A program made the position numbers and the translations under genes. A stretch of 64,000 nt of DNA from Azolla caroliniana. Lineage: Eukaryota > Plantae > Polypodiophyta. The notes under the pieces are model-generated. The model was not told the DNA's origin. It ran no database searches and worked only from the letters and a program-made list of their open reading frames with translations. The DNA lies in NCBI GenBank assembly GCA_043228905.1, contig JBHGNT010000003.1, positions 11,284,001 to 11,348,000 on the forward strand, given 5' to 3'. Below, piece by piece: positions 38,901-51,300 of the stretch (the stretch's first letter is position 1; each line of letters starts with the position of its first letter).

Positions 38901-40293
38901 CCTACAAAATCAGATCATTTGTGCAACATGCTTGATCTACTTGCATGACCAGATAATTTGTGTCAGTTGCTACATCTACTTTCAAGATGAGCCCCTCTAA
39001 ACACGCAGCAACATCAACAGTTTCCACACTACCATTGGCCTTAGGAGCAATAAATTCAAACCCTTTAGGCTTTGCACATCAGAAAACACCAACATCGTCC
39101 TAGATTCAAACCCTTTAGGTTCAAAAACATTGTTGTTATGAACCTCAAATTTACATGTTGTTTCCAATATCTCATGGCTTTTCACAACATTGCCTAATTC
39201 AGTACAATCTTCAGATGTTTTCATATAAAAATTTTGCCATGGATGCCACGGTGTTGTCACGTAGTGCTTTGGCTTCCACCCATTTTGTGCAATAATCCGT
39301 AGCGACAATCACGTACCGGTTGTCGGTTCTCATTGCCGGTGGTTTGAATGGACCGACAAAATCTAGTCCCCATTTCTGAAATGGTTCTAACGGTAGCACG
39401 GGCTAGTGAGGCATCCTGGCTTGTTCGGTTGGTTGGCCCATTCGCTGACATAGGTCACATTCTTTAGCGTACCTGACTGCATCCTTCAATGTTGTCGGCC
39501 ACCATAGTCCACTCTGCCATATTTTCCTTGCCCTAGCGTCTTCGGCATAATGTCCTCCAGCCATGCCGCAGTGTGCTTCGCGCAATATTATTCCCTTTTC
39601 GTTGCTGCACCTTTGTGGTACATTGTGTCCTGTAATAGACAGAAGTGCCGGCTTTGAGCCACTAAGCATTTCCTTTCGTCTCTGTTCATCTCCTCCGGAG
39701 GTAAGTGGGTGCTCAAAAATTGGTGCATGTTGGTGAGCCACTTGTCTTCCTCTGCAACCATACCATCCATTGCCGTTTCTGCTGTAACTCTAAACAACTC
39801 TGCATCCGAAAAGTCATCTGGTACGCCATCACCGGTGTCGCGAAGATTCGCGCGTGCATGTGCTACTCGAGCGACCACCGGGGTCTTGGACTGGGGAGGA
39901 CGTTCGTGGAATTATCGACGCTAGATGACGATCAATGTAAGATTGGATGAAATTTGTTCACTTGAGAAGAAGAAAGATTGTACACTTGAGAAGTAGAAAA
40001 ACATGAAGAAGATAAAGACAAATATAATTATATTGATGATAGTGGTGTTGGTGATATCACATATTGAGCCCCCCTTACACAAGCCACACTAGAGGCTTTT
40101 ATAGGTCTTTCCATGCTCGTGACATGCACAAAACCATGGGCTAAAACCATGGTTTTGTGCACACGGTTTTGCTTATGTCATGCACAAACCATGGGTTTAA
40201 AACCATGGTTTTGTGCACATGGTTTTCTATGGTTGTTTCGTCTATAATTTGTATATGAAAAGGAAATACATAAAATCTACACTATATGATAGT

Positions 40294-40347
40294 TGTCCTA
40301 GTGGTAAGGCAATTATCTTGTATCTTAGAGGTGCAAGGTTCAAACCT
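40294..40347 (+). promoter_or_regulatory. tRNA-type A/B-box module in LTR A
   Basis: TGTCCTAGTGG ... GGTTCAAACCT, starts 43 nt apart. Confidence 0.55.
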
Positions 40348-40560
40348 TGCTTGCACCCCTCTGTATGAACTCAAGTGCCACTAGGCCTTAGGAGGCTTAT
40401 TTGCTAAGTGTATGTGCAATGTTGCACATCCTTGGTTTATTCGTCTCACTCGGTTTCACACCGTAGCCGAAAATCGTCACGACATCCACCCCCACCAAAC
40501 CCGCACATCCTCCGGTATGTGCCGAGAAAGGTGAAGAGGTGAGATCTTTGGCAACGGTGA

Positions 40561-43500
40561 TCAACCGAGTTCCTCTGCACGCTCGTCTTCCTCGTCTGAC
40601 TTCGTCTTCCACTTCGAGTATGCGCAATCTTTCCAACCGAACCACCGTAGCCACCCGATCCACCATATCCGGCGCTCACACCATCTTCCCCGATCGGTTG
40701 TAGTAGATCTACCGAACGATGTCGTCGACACGACCGCTCTTCCTTCGTCCACCGCGCGTGTCCTTCGATTGGACTCCTGGCCACTCCTCACGCTCACCGT
40801 CTTCAACTGGGTATTGTAGATCGTTCGTGTCGATCTCCGATTAGGCCGGGTTTGCCCTTGTCCGGATCGGTCTCCACCGATCGCTTCTTGGCTTGGTTGG
40901 CCTTCGTCTGCATTCACATTTCCCCGAGTCGGGCTCGACCGATTGATTCTGGCTGGGTTGGCCCCCTTTTGGATCGGAATCGTCCGATCGAATTTCGCCG
41001 AATCAGGTTTCTGTTGGGAATCAACGCTTGGATTCACCTTCACCACTCGGCCACAACCGATTAATCGCGGATCAATGCAGCAGAAAATAGGAACCACACG
41101 GAGAAACAAAAAAAAAACCGCGAGCACACAGGGATTAACGTGGAAAACCCTAGACGGGAAAAACCACGGGAGTACAAGACTCCAAACCAACACTATACAG
41201 AGAAGTATACAATGGCGAGCTCCAAGGCGACGACCTTGAGCTCGCTGTCCTCGCCACAGGCGGCGGAAATACACAGAGGCGTCTACCTCTTCCACTCTCG
41301 CGCTCTATCTCTCTCTCTCTCTCACGGCTGCTCCCTCTTCACTCCTCTTGAGTGGAAAAACAGAAAAATGGGTAGCAACTCTAAAACTGTTTGCCCTAAG
41401 TCATATTTATACACATATGACTTTGGGACTATTTACAACTGTGGCCTCAGGGGCCCATAGCGAACATATTCACGGATATGTCCCTGCATCCGGATCGCTC
41501 TCCGGGTACATTCGTCATCCGGCACCGAAGCCGGGGTCTTCGTCATCCGGATCCGAAACCGAAACCGGGCCTGTCGGCATTCATCTCCGACATCCGACCA
41601 TCCCATCCGAAGGGACCGTAATCCCAACAAACTCCCCCTTCACTTCGGCATGGGATGTCTCTCCAATCCGATCCTCTTCCGGCATGCTTCCAACTTGTCG
41701 GGTGTGAGGACCTTGGTCAGCATATCCGACCCGTTCTCGTCCGTGTGGATCTTCGTCAGCACGAACTCCTTGTCTTCTATCCTTTCCCGGATCCAGTGAT
41801 ATCTTCGCTGGATGTGCTTCGTCCGGGAGTGATAGGCCACGTTCTTTGCAAGGTGGATTGCACTCTGACTGTCGCAGTAGAGTCGGTACTCCTCCTGCCG
41901 GATACCGAGCTCTCTAATGAAGTCCTTCATCCATATTATTTCCTTGCCGGCTTCAACAGCCGCCATGTACTCCGCCTCCGTGGTTGACAGCGCAACCGTC
42001 TTCTGCAACCTCGACTGCCACGAAACGGCTCCCCCTGCATACGTCATCACATACCCTGATGTGGACCGGCTGGTATCTGTATCAGCCGACATATCCGAAT
42101 CGGTGAAACCGTCGAGTTCGGGTTTACCGGAGCCGAATCGGAGGCACACGTTTGCCGTGCCCTTCAGGTATCGGAGTATCCACTTGACCGCGTTCCAATG
42201 CTCTTTGCCGGGATTGCTCATGTACCGGCTCACCACTCCGACTGCATATCCGATGTCCGGTCTCGTACACACCATGGCGTACATCAAGCTCCCGACGGCT
42301 GAGGCATACGGCACTTTCATCATATCCTCCTTTTCAGCCTTTGTCTTGGGACTTTGCTTGCTGGACAGCTTGCAGTTTGCCGGGAGGGTTGATCCGACCG
42401 GTCTTGCTTCCGACATGTTGAACCGGTGAAGCACCTTCGTCACGTACTTCTCCTGTGACAGCCACAACTGCTTCTTCTTCCGGTCCCGGATGATGTGCAT
42501 CCCTAGTATTTGTCTCGCCGGACCCAGGTCCTTCATTGAGAAGGTTCGGTGAAGAGCCTTCTTCAGCATCCGGATCTTGACCTGGTCCCGTCCGACGATC
42601 AACATGTCGTCCACGTACAGGAGGAGTATTAGAAAGTCTCCTCCTTCGAACTTCTTCACAAACACGCAGTGGTCGGACTGCGTTTTGAGGTACCCTTCGT
42701 CGGTCATGAAGGAGTCGAACTTCCGGTACCATTGCCGGGGAGCCTGCTTCAGTCCGTAAAGGCTCTTCTTCAACCGGCATACCAGGTGCTCCTTCCCTTC
42801 CTTCTCGAATCCTTCCGGTTGCTGCATGTAGATCTCTTCTTCGAGGTCACCGTGAAGGAATGCCGTCTTCACGTCCATCTGTTCTACCTCGAGGTCCATG
42901 CTTGCCGCTATGCTCAGCACCGTCCGGATGGAGGTCATCTTCACTACCGGGGCAAATATCTCGTCGAAGTCGACGCCCTTCTTTTGCTGAAACCCCTTCA
43001 CCACGATCCTGGCTTTGTATCTCGGGGGGTTTCCGGCATCTCCCGGTTTCAGCTTGAACACCCACTTGTTTCGAAGTGCCCGCTTTCCTTTCGGCAACTC
43101 CACAAGTTCATATGTGTGGTTCTCATGCAGGGAATCCATCTCGTCCTGCATGGCACTCAACCACCTGCGGCTCTGGGTGTCATGCTTTGCTTCTTCAAAG
43201 CTCTCCGGCTCCCCCTCGTCGGTTAGCAACACGTGCTCTGGTTCCGGAAATCTCCGGGGGGCCCTTCTCTCTCTTTGAGGGTATCTCCGTTTCGGAGCTT
43301 CGGTAACCGGTTCTTCCGATTCTTCTTCATCCGAATCCATTTCGGGATCGGGGCCGGTTCCGGTATCATTTTCGTCTTCTTCGGCCGGTTCGGTTTCTTC
43401 ACCGTCTTCGGCCGGGTCCTCGAGTGCTAACCGGTCCCTTGCCGGTCGGGACTGCTCCTTGTAGAGTTGATCCTCACCGGTCGACTTGGAGCTCTTCATC

Positions 43501-46500
43501 TTCGTCTCCGACTCCCAGTCGGCGAGTGTCTTGTCCTCCATGAAGATGATGTCTCGACTCCTGAATATCTTCTTGTCGACCGGGTCCCATACTCGGTAGC
43601 CGAACTCGTCGTCGCCGTAACCGAGGAATATGCATGGCCGGGTCTTCGGATCTAGCTTTCCTCTCCGGTCCTTTGCCACATGCACGTATGCGAGACACCC
43701 GAACACCTTCAGATGCCGGTAGGACACTTCCTTACCGGTCCACACTTTCTGCGGCGTGTCTCCGTCCAAAGGTACTGAGGGTGATCTGTTTATCACGTAT
43801 GTTGCCGTCGACATTGCCTCAGCCCAAAACCCCTTGGGTAATTTCGCATGCGCCAGCATACTCCGGACCCTCTCCATTATGGTCCGGTTCATCCTCTCGG
43901 CCAGCCCGTTTAGTTCCGGCGTCTTCGGCACAGTAAACTCGAGCCGGATTCCCTTCGAGCGACAGTACTCCTGGAACTGTCCCCGGTATTCCCCTCCGTT
44001 ATCCGCTCGTATCGCTTTCAGCTTCTTGCCGGATTCCCTTTCCACTCTCGCGTGGAGTTCTTTGAAGACGCACAACACTTGGTCCTTTGTCTTCAACGGT
44101 GCCGTCCACAGCTTCCGGCTGTGATCATCAATGAATGTTACGAAGTACTGGGCTCCGCCATGTGACTTCGTTTCTACCTGACACACATCAGTGTGCACCA
44201 ACTCCAATGGTGCGCTCCGTCTCGTCGGTGGCCTTGAGTGGAAGGAGGTTCGGTTCTGCTTACCGGCCAGGCAATCGGTGCACTTCTCCAGGTGCACATG
44301 CTTCACTGGGATAAGGTTGTCTTCTGCAAGCCTCTTCATCCCCTTCTCACTCATGTGGCACAGTCTCTTGTGCCACAGCTCACCGGCAGTGTCGGCTGCC
44401 ACATTCAGTTCTTCCGGACATAACCGGGCATTCATCAGGTACAGTGTGTTGACTTTCCGGGCCCGAGCCACTATCAGGCTCCCCTTGCTGAACTTCATTA
44501 CGCCGTTCCGGATGCTACCTGTGTAGCCTTCATCGTCTAGCCTCCCGGCCGAAATCAGGTTCAATCGAACCTCCGGAACGTGTCGGACATCCTTCAGCAG
44601 CATTTTGCATCCGGTCGGGGTTGTCAACCACACGTCTCCTATGCCGGAAATCCGGCACGTACCTTCATTTCCCATCCGAACACAGCCATGCTCACCGGCT
44701 GTGTAGGATGAGAAGTATCTTCTCTCCGGGGTCAGGTGGAACGATGCTCCGGAATCGACCACCCAGGTCGTCTCATCGCCGGCAACGTTTAGCTCACCTT
44801 CTTCGGTGATGAGCATGATTTCTTCCTCACTTGCCGCGAGTGCCGTTGTTCCTTTCCGGTCCTGTCCTCGCCGATCCGAACCATTCCGGTCCGTGGCTCC
44901 CCGGTATGCACCGTTTCTCTCCGGTGACTTCTTCGAATCGGTGTTGTCGGTTCCATTGTCTTTTCGGTAATGCCGACAATTCTTTCGGAAGTGCCCCGGC
45001 TTCCCACAGTGATCGGAAGCATGTGGGCCTTCCTCTTGACTGCGACCGGGTCCCCGACTTCTCCCGTCTTTGCGGACTCCGGTTCCATTGTCTTCCCCGA
45101 TCCGATTCGGTAAACAGCATCTTCGGGTCGGAGGCCGGTTCCTTATCTCTCCGACGCGCTTCTTCATTCAGAATACTTGTCTTTACCGTTTGTAAGGACA
45201 AGTTATCTTCGGTGCACGAGGTGCTGAGAGTCACCACCAAGTTCTCCCAGCTTTCCGGCAATGTACACATCAGGATGATGGCTTGCATTGCATCCTCCAA
45301 CGGGAACTTGATCGCCGCAAGCTGATTCACGAATCCCATGAACGTGCTTACGTGTTCAACCATACTCTCGCCGTCCCGGTACTTGAGATTCACTATCTTC
45401 CTCATCAGGGAGGTCCGGTTCAACGCATTCTTCCTCTCATAGAGGCCCGACAGCTTCTTCCACATCTCATATGCGTTGGTGTCGTTTGCCACATGTTGTA
45501 GGACGCTTACATCGACATATTGTCGGATCGTCGCTACGGCTTTCCGGTTCAGGAGCTTCCACTCCGACTCAAGTACCCCTTTCGGTATTTCCGACCTGTC
45601 AATCGGTTCGTACAGGTCCCGAACAATCAGAAGATCCTCCAGCTTGATCTTCCAGTCGGCGTAATTCTGCGCATTCAGCACCATCATCATCGGCTGCCCG
45701 CTGCCGCCGCCTTCCATTTTCTGCAACAGTCGCTCTGATACCAGTTTGTTGGGAATCAACGCTTGGATTCACCTTCACCACTCGGCCACAACCGATTAAT
45801 CGCGGATCAATGCAGCAGAAAATAGGAACCACACGGAGAAACAAAAAGAAAAAACCGCGAGCACACAGGGATTAACGTGGAAAACCCTAGACGGGAAAAA
45901 CCACGGGAGTACAAGACTCCAAACCAACACTATACAGAGAAGTATACAATGGCGAGCTCCAAGGCGACGACCTTGAGCTCGCTGTCCTCGCCACAGGCGG
46001 CGGAAATACACAGAGGCGTCTACCTCTTCCTCTCTCGCGCTCTATCTCTCTCTCTCTCTCACGGCTGCTCCCTCTTCACTCCTCTTGAGTGGAAAAACAG
46101 AAAAATGGGTAGCAACTCTAAAACTGTTTGCCCTAAGTCATATTTATACACATATGACTTTGGGACTATTTACAACTGTGGCCTCAGGGGCCCATAGCGA
46201 ACATATTCACGGATATGTCCCTGCATCCGGATCGCTCTCCGGGTACATTCGTCATCCGGCACCGAAGCCGGGGTCTTCGTCATCCGGATCCGAAACCGAA
46301 ACCGGGCCTGTCGGCATTCATCTCCGACATCCGACCATCCCATCCGAAGGGACCGTAATCCCAACAGTTTCAGCCGGGTCGGCCCCGGTCGATCGACTCC
46401 CATGTGGATCTTCCTTCGTTCGGGTCGGAATCCCGGCTGGATCGTCTTCCGGTTCAACCGGTTCTCGACTCTTCCTTCCTTCCCGCATGCAACCTCTCCA

Positions 46501-48041
46501 TCGAACTCAACCGCAGCTTCATCCTTGGCCTCCACGTCGGCCATATCCTTCCCTCCATGTATGCTCGTCGCGAGCCATATTGTCTCCTCTTCGCCACCTC
46601 CTTTATCTTCGGTCTTATGCCGACACACGGTCTCGACTGCCGAAGTCTCCGGAACCGGTGTGAAGGAATCCCTTCGCTCATGCACATTTACCTTGTCTTC
46701 TTCATCGCCCTTCCGGTCGTCCTCTTTTTTGTCCACACATTCCGTCTCTCCGGTCTCACGTTGGCGCACGTGCACAACCGCCGAAGTCTCTAGAATAGGT
46801 GTGGGGATATCCTTTCTTCCTCGATCTTCTTCCTCCTTGTGTTGGGCCTTCGTCTTCCCGTCACCACCTTCCGTCTCTCCGGTCTCACGTTGGCACATGG
46901 GCACAACCGCCGAAGTCTCTGGAACAAGCGTGAAGAAAGTGTCGACATGGCTATCCATCGTCGACTCATCCATAGCCACCTCCGACTCGATGTCGTTTGT
47001 CATGGCTACCTCCTCAATCTCTTCAGACTCAAACACTTTTTCTCCCTCGATCATGCAAGCTTTTCTCATGCTTGCGCCATCATCACCTGATGTTTCGTAC
47101 ACAATGCGTGTTCCGAAACATTTATCCTCCCTCGAAGTGGCGTTCGCCGTCCTCGAGTCATCGGCCTCCTCCTTCGCCGTCGTTTCTTTGTAAGACAAGA
47201 AGGTGACTTGTTTCACACCTTCTCTCTCGGTACCGTCATACCGAACCAGAGCCTTTGTATCGGCCACTTCATTAACCCGCATTTGTTGGGAGGTCTCTTC
47301 TTCCTCGATCACCATTCGCCTCGGTTTTGTCTCCCTTTTAAGCTTCATTTCTTTTGTTGGTGGCGCGTTGTTGCATCTCGTCCCTCTTCGATCGTCCCTC
47401 ATGGGCCGTCTTGTTGTCGCCGATATTCTCGCTTGCCCCTTATCGTGTAGTCGGCATACACTTTCCACTTTGCTCCAATCCTCGATGAGGCCATTTGCAC
47501 CATCATCTTCTTCGATTTTGAGACCGATCGCCATCCTTTCCATTCGATCGATTGACTTCACGAACATAAGGACCTTATCGACCCCCACCAATCTTTGTTC
47601 CCGCTCCGACAATTGAGAAAAATGATGCTCGAAGTCTGCGAATGCTTGTGTCGCGCCTTGGTGGGTCTTCGCTGATGTCACCCATTGGTCGAAGTTGCGT
47701 CGATCTTGTCCCTTTAGTCTCTCATAGTCATATTCCTCCAATAGAGCCTTCTCGAAAGTCGCCCACGAATCATGAGCTTCTAGAAGCTCTTTTACATCTT
47801 TGAAGATCGGTTGAGACACCACCCGACAAAAGTACTCTAGCCTCATAGCTTTGTCCACACCTCTTGAATCCATCTCCGCATTGTAGACTTTTAGGAAACT
47901 TTGGACTTCGGCGCCATTGAAATAGCTCACTCGCTTGACTACCCTGTTGACGGCTTGTTGGGCTTCATTTCTTCTTTTCCCTTCTCTCAGAAACTCCATC
48001 ATCCTTCTTGACATTGCCTCCATGAGATATTCGCCATCCAT
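40561..48041 (-). CDS. ~706-aa Gag-like protein with long acidic repeat tail (48041-46367 + 41006-40561, split by copia insertion)
   Basis: N-terminus VNRVVKRVSYFNGAEVQSFLKVYNAEM is homologous to element B gag; the frame rejoins as RLK-PDSAKFDR after removing the insertion and one TSD. Confidence 0.7.
41012..46366 (-). mobile_element. Young, near-intact Ty1/copia element (Tnt1/Tork-like)
   Basis: LTRs 41012-41629 and 45747-46366 near-identical; TSD GTTTC; PBS-Met 45732-45743; PPT 41630-41644. Confidence 0.97.
41640..45717 (-). CDS. Copia Gag-Pol polyprotein with a single 4-bp frameshift in the zinc knuckle
   Basis: gag; WVVDSGASFH; integrase HTD/FIDD/NGLAE; RT LLLYVDDML; RNase H STTEAEY; frameshift near 45012. 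Confidence 0.93.
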
Positions 48042-48312
48042 CTTCGTCCTCCCCAATTGCTCTTCACCAAATGATGTCGCGAAGATTCGCGCGTGCGTGT
48101 GCTACTCGAGCGACCACCGGGGTCTTGGACTGGGGAGGACGTTCGCGGAATTATCGATGCTAGATGACGATCAATGTAAGATTAGATGAAATTGGTTTAC
48201 TTGAGAAGGAGAAAAATTGTACACTTGAGAAGTAGAAAAACATGAAGAAGATAAAGAGAAATATAATTATATTGATGATAGTGGTGTTGGTGATATCACA
48301 TATTGAGCCCCC

Positions 48313-51300
48313 GAGTTCGTTGCGCCTTGGGGTAAGGTACACATCCGCACAAGCCCGATCGGAGTCCTCATGGTTGTAATGTCCCGACTGTCGATCGCCA
48401 ACTGGAATTGGTCATATCCGGAGTAGAGATCGCCAATGGAGTAGATGGACCGGCCCGCAAACGCTTCTGCAAATTCGTCCACGCTCGGACCGATTCCGGC
48501 ATTTCGAATTGTCACCTTGTTGACGGGTTGAAGATCTTGGATGAATCGCAATGATCCATTCTTTTTCGGCACCGTGAACCACCTATTGGAATAAGGAGCA
48601 TTCGGCGGTTCTAGAATTCCCATACTCACCTTCTCCTTTAAGAGCTCGATCAGCTTCGGAAGGTGTGCTCTCGGAACCGGTATCGGTTTCAAATTCCAAG
48701 GCACATGAGGCATCGTGAAGATCACCATTGGCTCTATAACCTTTGGGTCGACGCATCCGATTTCTCGTGGGAAGAATGCGAAAGCCTTCCCATGTCTCTC
48801 AAGCATATCACGAAACATTCGCTCCTCTTCAGGGAGAAGGAAATCCTCCTTTCCAACTCGTAGCTTCCCCTTCGTCTCTTTGGTGAAGTCATGACCTATC
48901 TTCTTTGGATCTCTTAAGCTTGGATCGTTAGCGACTTCCTTCATCTTTTGCCAGCTATCTTCCGGTAGCGGAACCGCAACTGGCTTGATCTTCTTATCCA
49001 CCGTTTTATATTTCGTGTTGATGTCAGCTTCCTTCATCAAGATGCCACGACGGTATTCATCGATGATAGCATACATGTTGACGGAGTTAACCGAAATCAC
49101 GCGTTGGTTGTGAAGATAGCTCAAGTCCACGACGTCCTCGATTTCACCGATGGTGTCGTTAAATGAGGCTTCTTCGATAATATGAGTCACGAACTCTCCT
49201 TCTATTATGTTCTCTTCTTTCAGCATCTTCTCGAATTCTTGTATCCGGTGCTTGTGCTTCTTGTCGGGTAGTACAAGTTTACATGCGCCACTAGGTGTGA
49301 CACATATTGGTTCTCCTTGCAATCCACGCGCTCTTCTTTCTTGTGGGGTCTTGTGATTGCTCATACTATTTGTGCCCCATGCTTCAATAGTCCGCTCTAA
49401 AAATCCGAGGATTCGCCTCCGAGACTATCTTGATTCCTTTCATGATTGGCTCACACTGTTAGGAATTGGACCGATCTTTGGTTGTCAAGACTCTTTATTC
49501 GTGCGAAGGCTGCTCCATTATCGAACACTTTGGTCTCCATCCGAGATGATGTGATATAAGGTTGCCCTAGGATGACAGGATGCGACGCCGATTCTTGTAC
49601 GAAGAAGTGTTGATCCATCTCCACATCCCCGATCGTGACTTTGACATTGGGACAAGCTCCGTACAAGTCCTCCGTAGACTTTGTTGCCGCGCGAATCTTC
49701 CATCCGTGGTTTGTATTGATTGGCCATCTTCCCTTTTTGTAGAAGTCGGTTGACATGAGGTTGATCTCCGAGCCGTGGTCGATCAAGGCTACGACGGTCT
49801 CTTTCTTCTCCCCGATCTTTACCGGCGTCTCCGTTGTCGCTCGTGCCCAATGAGGTCGAGTGTAGTGGCTGTCCACCATATCTTCATCGATTTCGTCTCT
49901 TGCCATCGTTATGGCATTCATTTTTGCTTTCTGCGGCTTCTCTTCTTCCTCGTCCGATTGTTGTCTCTTTCTCTTTACAAGGTCCACGATCGTGTCATGG
50001 AACTCCTTCTTCGTAATGCCAAGCAATTCCCTCAAGGACAAAGTTACGTGGCTATCAAGAACTCGTTCTTCGAGAATCTTCTTTAGGTCCGTCATCTGCT
50101 CTATGTCCGACCTTAGCTTATAGGTAGGTATGGTCCTTGTCCTCCGAGCGGGGTCTTCGACACCAACCTTCACAGGCCGAACCGTTTCTTCAACTCGTAT
50201 GCTCGGCTCCCCTTTTCGGCTTGATTCTCGTTCCTCCGTTTGTAAAGGTCGACTCGTCTCCGCATCGTCCTTCTTTTTCGCGTTCCTTGTTTCATGTCTT
50301 TTTGATGGCCCTTGCTCTTCTATTCTCTTTCTCTTTTCTTCGACGAACACCTCGTGGTTGTCGCACATCACCTCTGCGAGTATGGTGTTGTCGTCCACCA
50401 GATCCGACCACCCGGTTATGCTTTGCACGTTTCGGTCCGCAAGCTCTACCTCGTTCGATGTGACTTTTCCCTTCTTCTCATATTCGAGAACGGAAGTCCT
50501 AAACTTTGCTCCCGCTCTAGCAACTTCAGTCTTGTCTTTCCCGACTCTTATTCCGGCCGACGCAGCATAGTGCATCGCATCCACATGAGTCGCATCGGCA
50601 TCCTCCATAGATTTCTTCATTCCTCCTCTTCCGAAATTCACCCGTAGGGGTCTTCTAGTCTCGCTTGAGCAGATCATGTTGTCCTCTATGTATACGATAT
50701 TTTGTCGAATCGCCTCTCGAAGGCTCGCACAATCCCTTCTCATGTGGTCCATGCTATCGCACCACACGCATCTAAAGGGTTCTTTTCCTTTAGGGCCCCG
50801 ACGATTCATGTTGGCTAGAGTGACCTTCTCGAACTTCTTCGCTAGCTCTTCGATGATGTCGTCATCAATCTTCTTTTCTTCCACGTTACTTTGTCTCAGC
50901 GGCTCAGCTACTTTCGGCGGTCTTGCTTTCTCCGTGGTAGTCGGTCCCGTCAAGTCGGTGTCATCAACCCATTGGCGACGCTTGTCGAGCCTATTGCATG
51001 CCCGCTTCACCGCGATCCAGTCCGCTACGAGCCCATTTGCTTGGGTATCATCTTCGAGAAGAGTCCCCAACTCTCGTCTATCCTTTATGTCCACGGCCTT
51101 CAAGAAGTACAAAGTCTTGTCCTCTTCAAGCAATACTTGGTCCGTATTGGGGAGACGACTAAACATCTTGTCGAATTCGTCGTACACCCTCGAGACGCTC
51201 ATCTTCTTATTCTTCTTCTCTATCCACTTCATCAGGGCATGTCGAGTCATCCTCGTTGAGTCTTCAGTCACGAACTCCGCTAGTATCGTTTTCTCGAACT

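Larger units (their letters stand above)
39836..48312 (-). mobile_element. Non-autonomous Gag-only element A (3' LTR 39836-40483; partial 5' LTR 48075-48312)
   Basis: LTR TGTCGCGAAGAT...CACGACA; PPT-like tract at 40484-40495; only 7 nt of Trp-type PBS (48063-48069); no pol motifs. Confidence 0.8.

Noticed and set aside
41655-45325. Many plus-strand ORFs opposite copia pol (similarly 46402-47616 and 49775-51326)
   Set aside because: Antisense shadows of GC-rich coding sequence with no recognisable motifs.
46170-46366. C-terminus of the listed 628-aa ORF (and N-terminus of ORF 40561-41295)
   Set aside because: Read-through into the inserted copia LTR; not part of the original protein.
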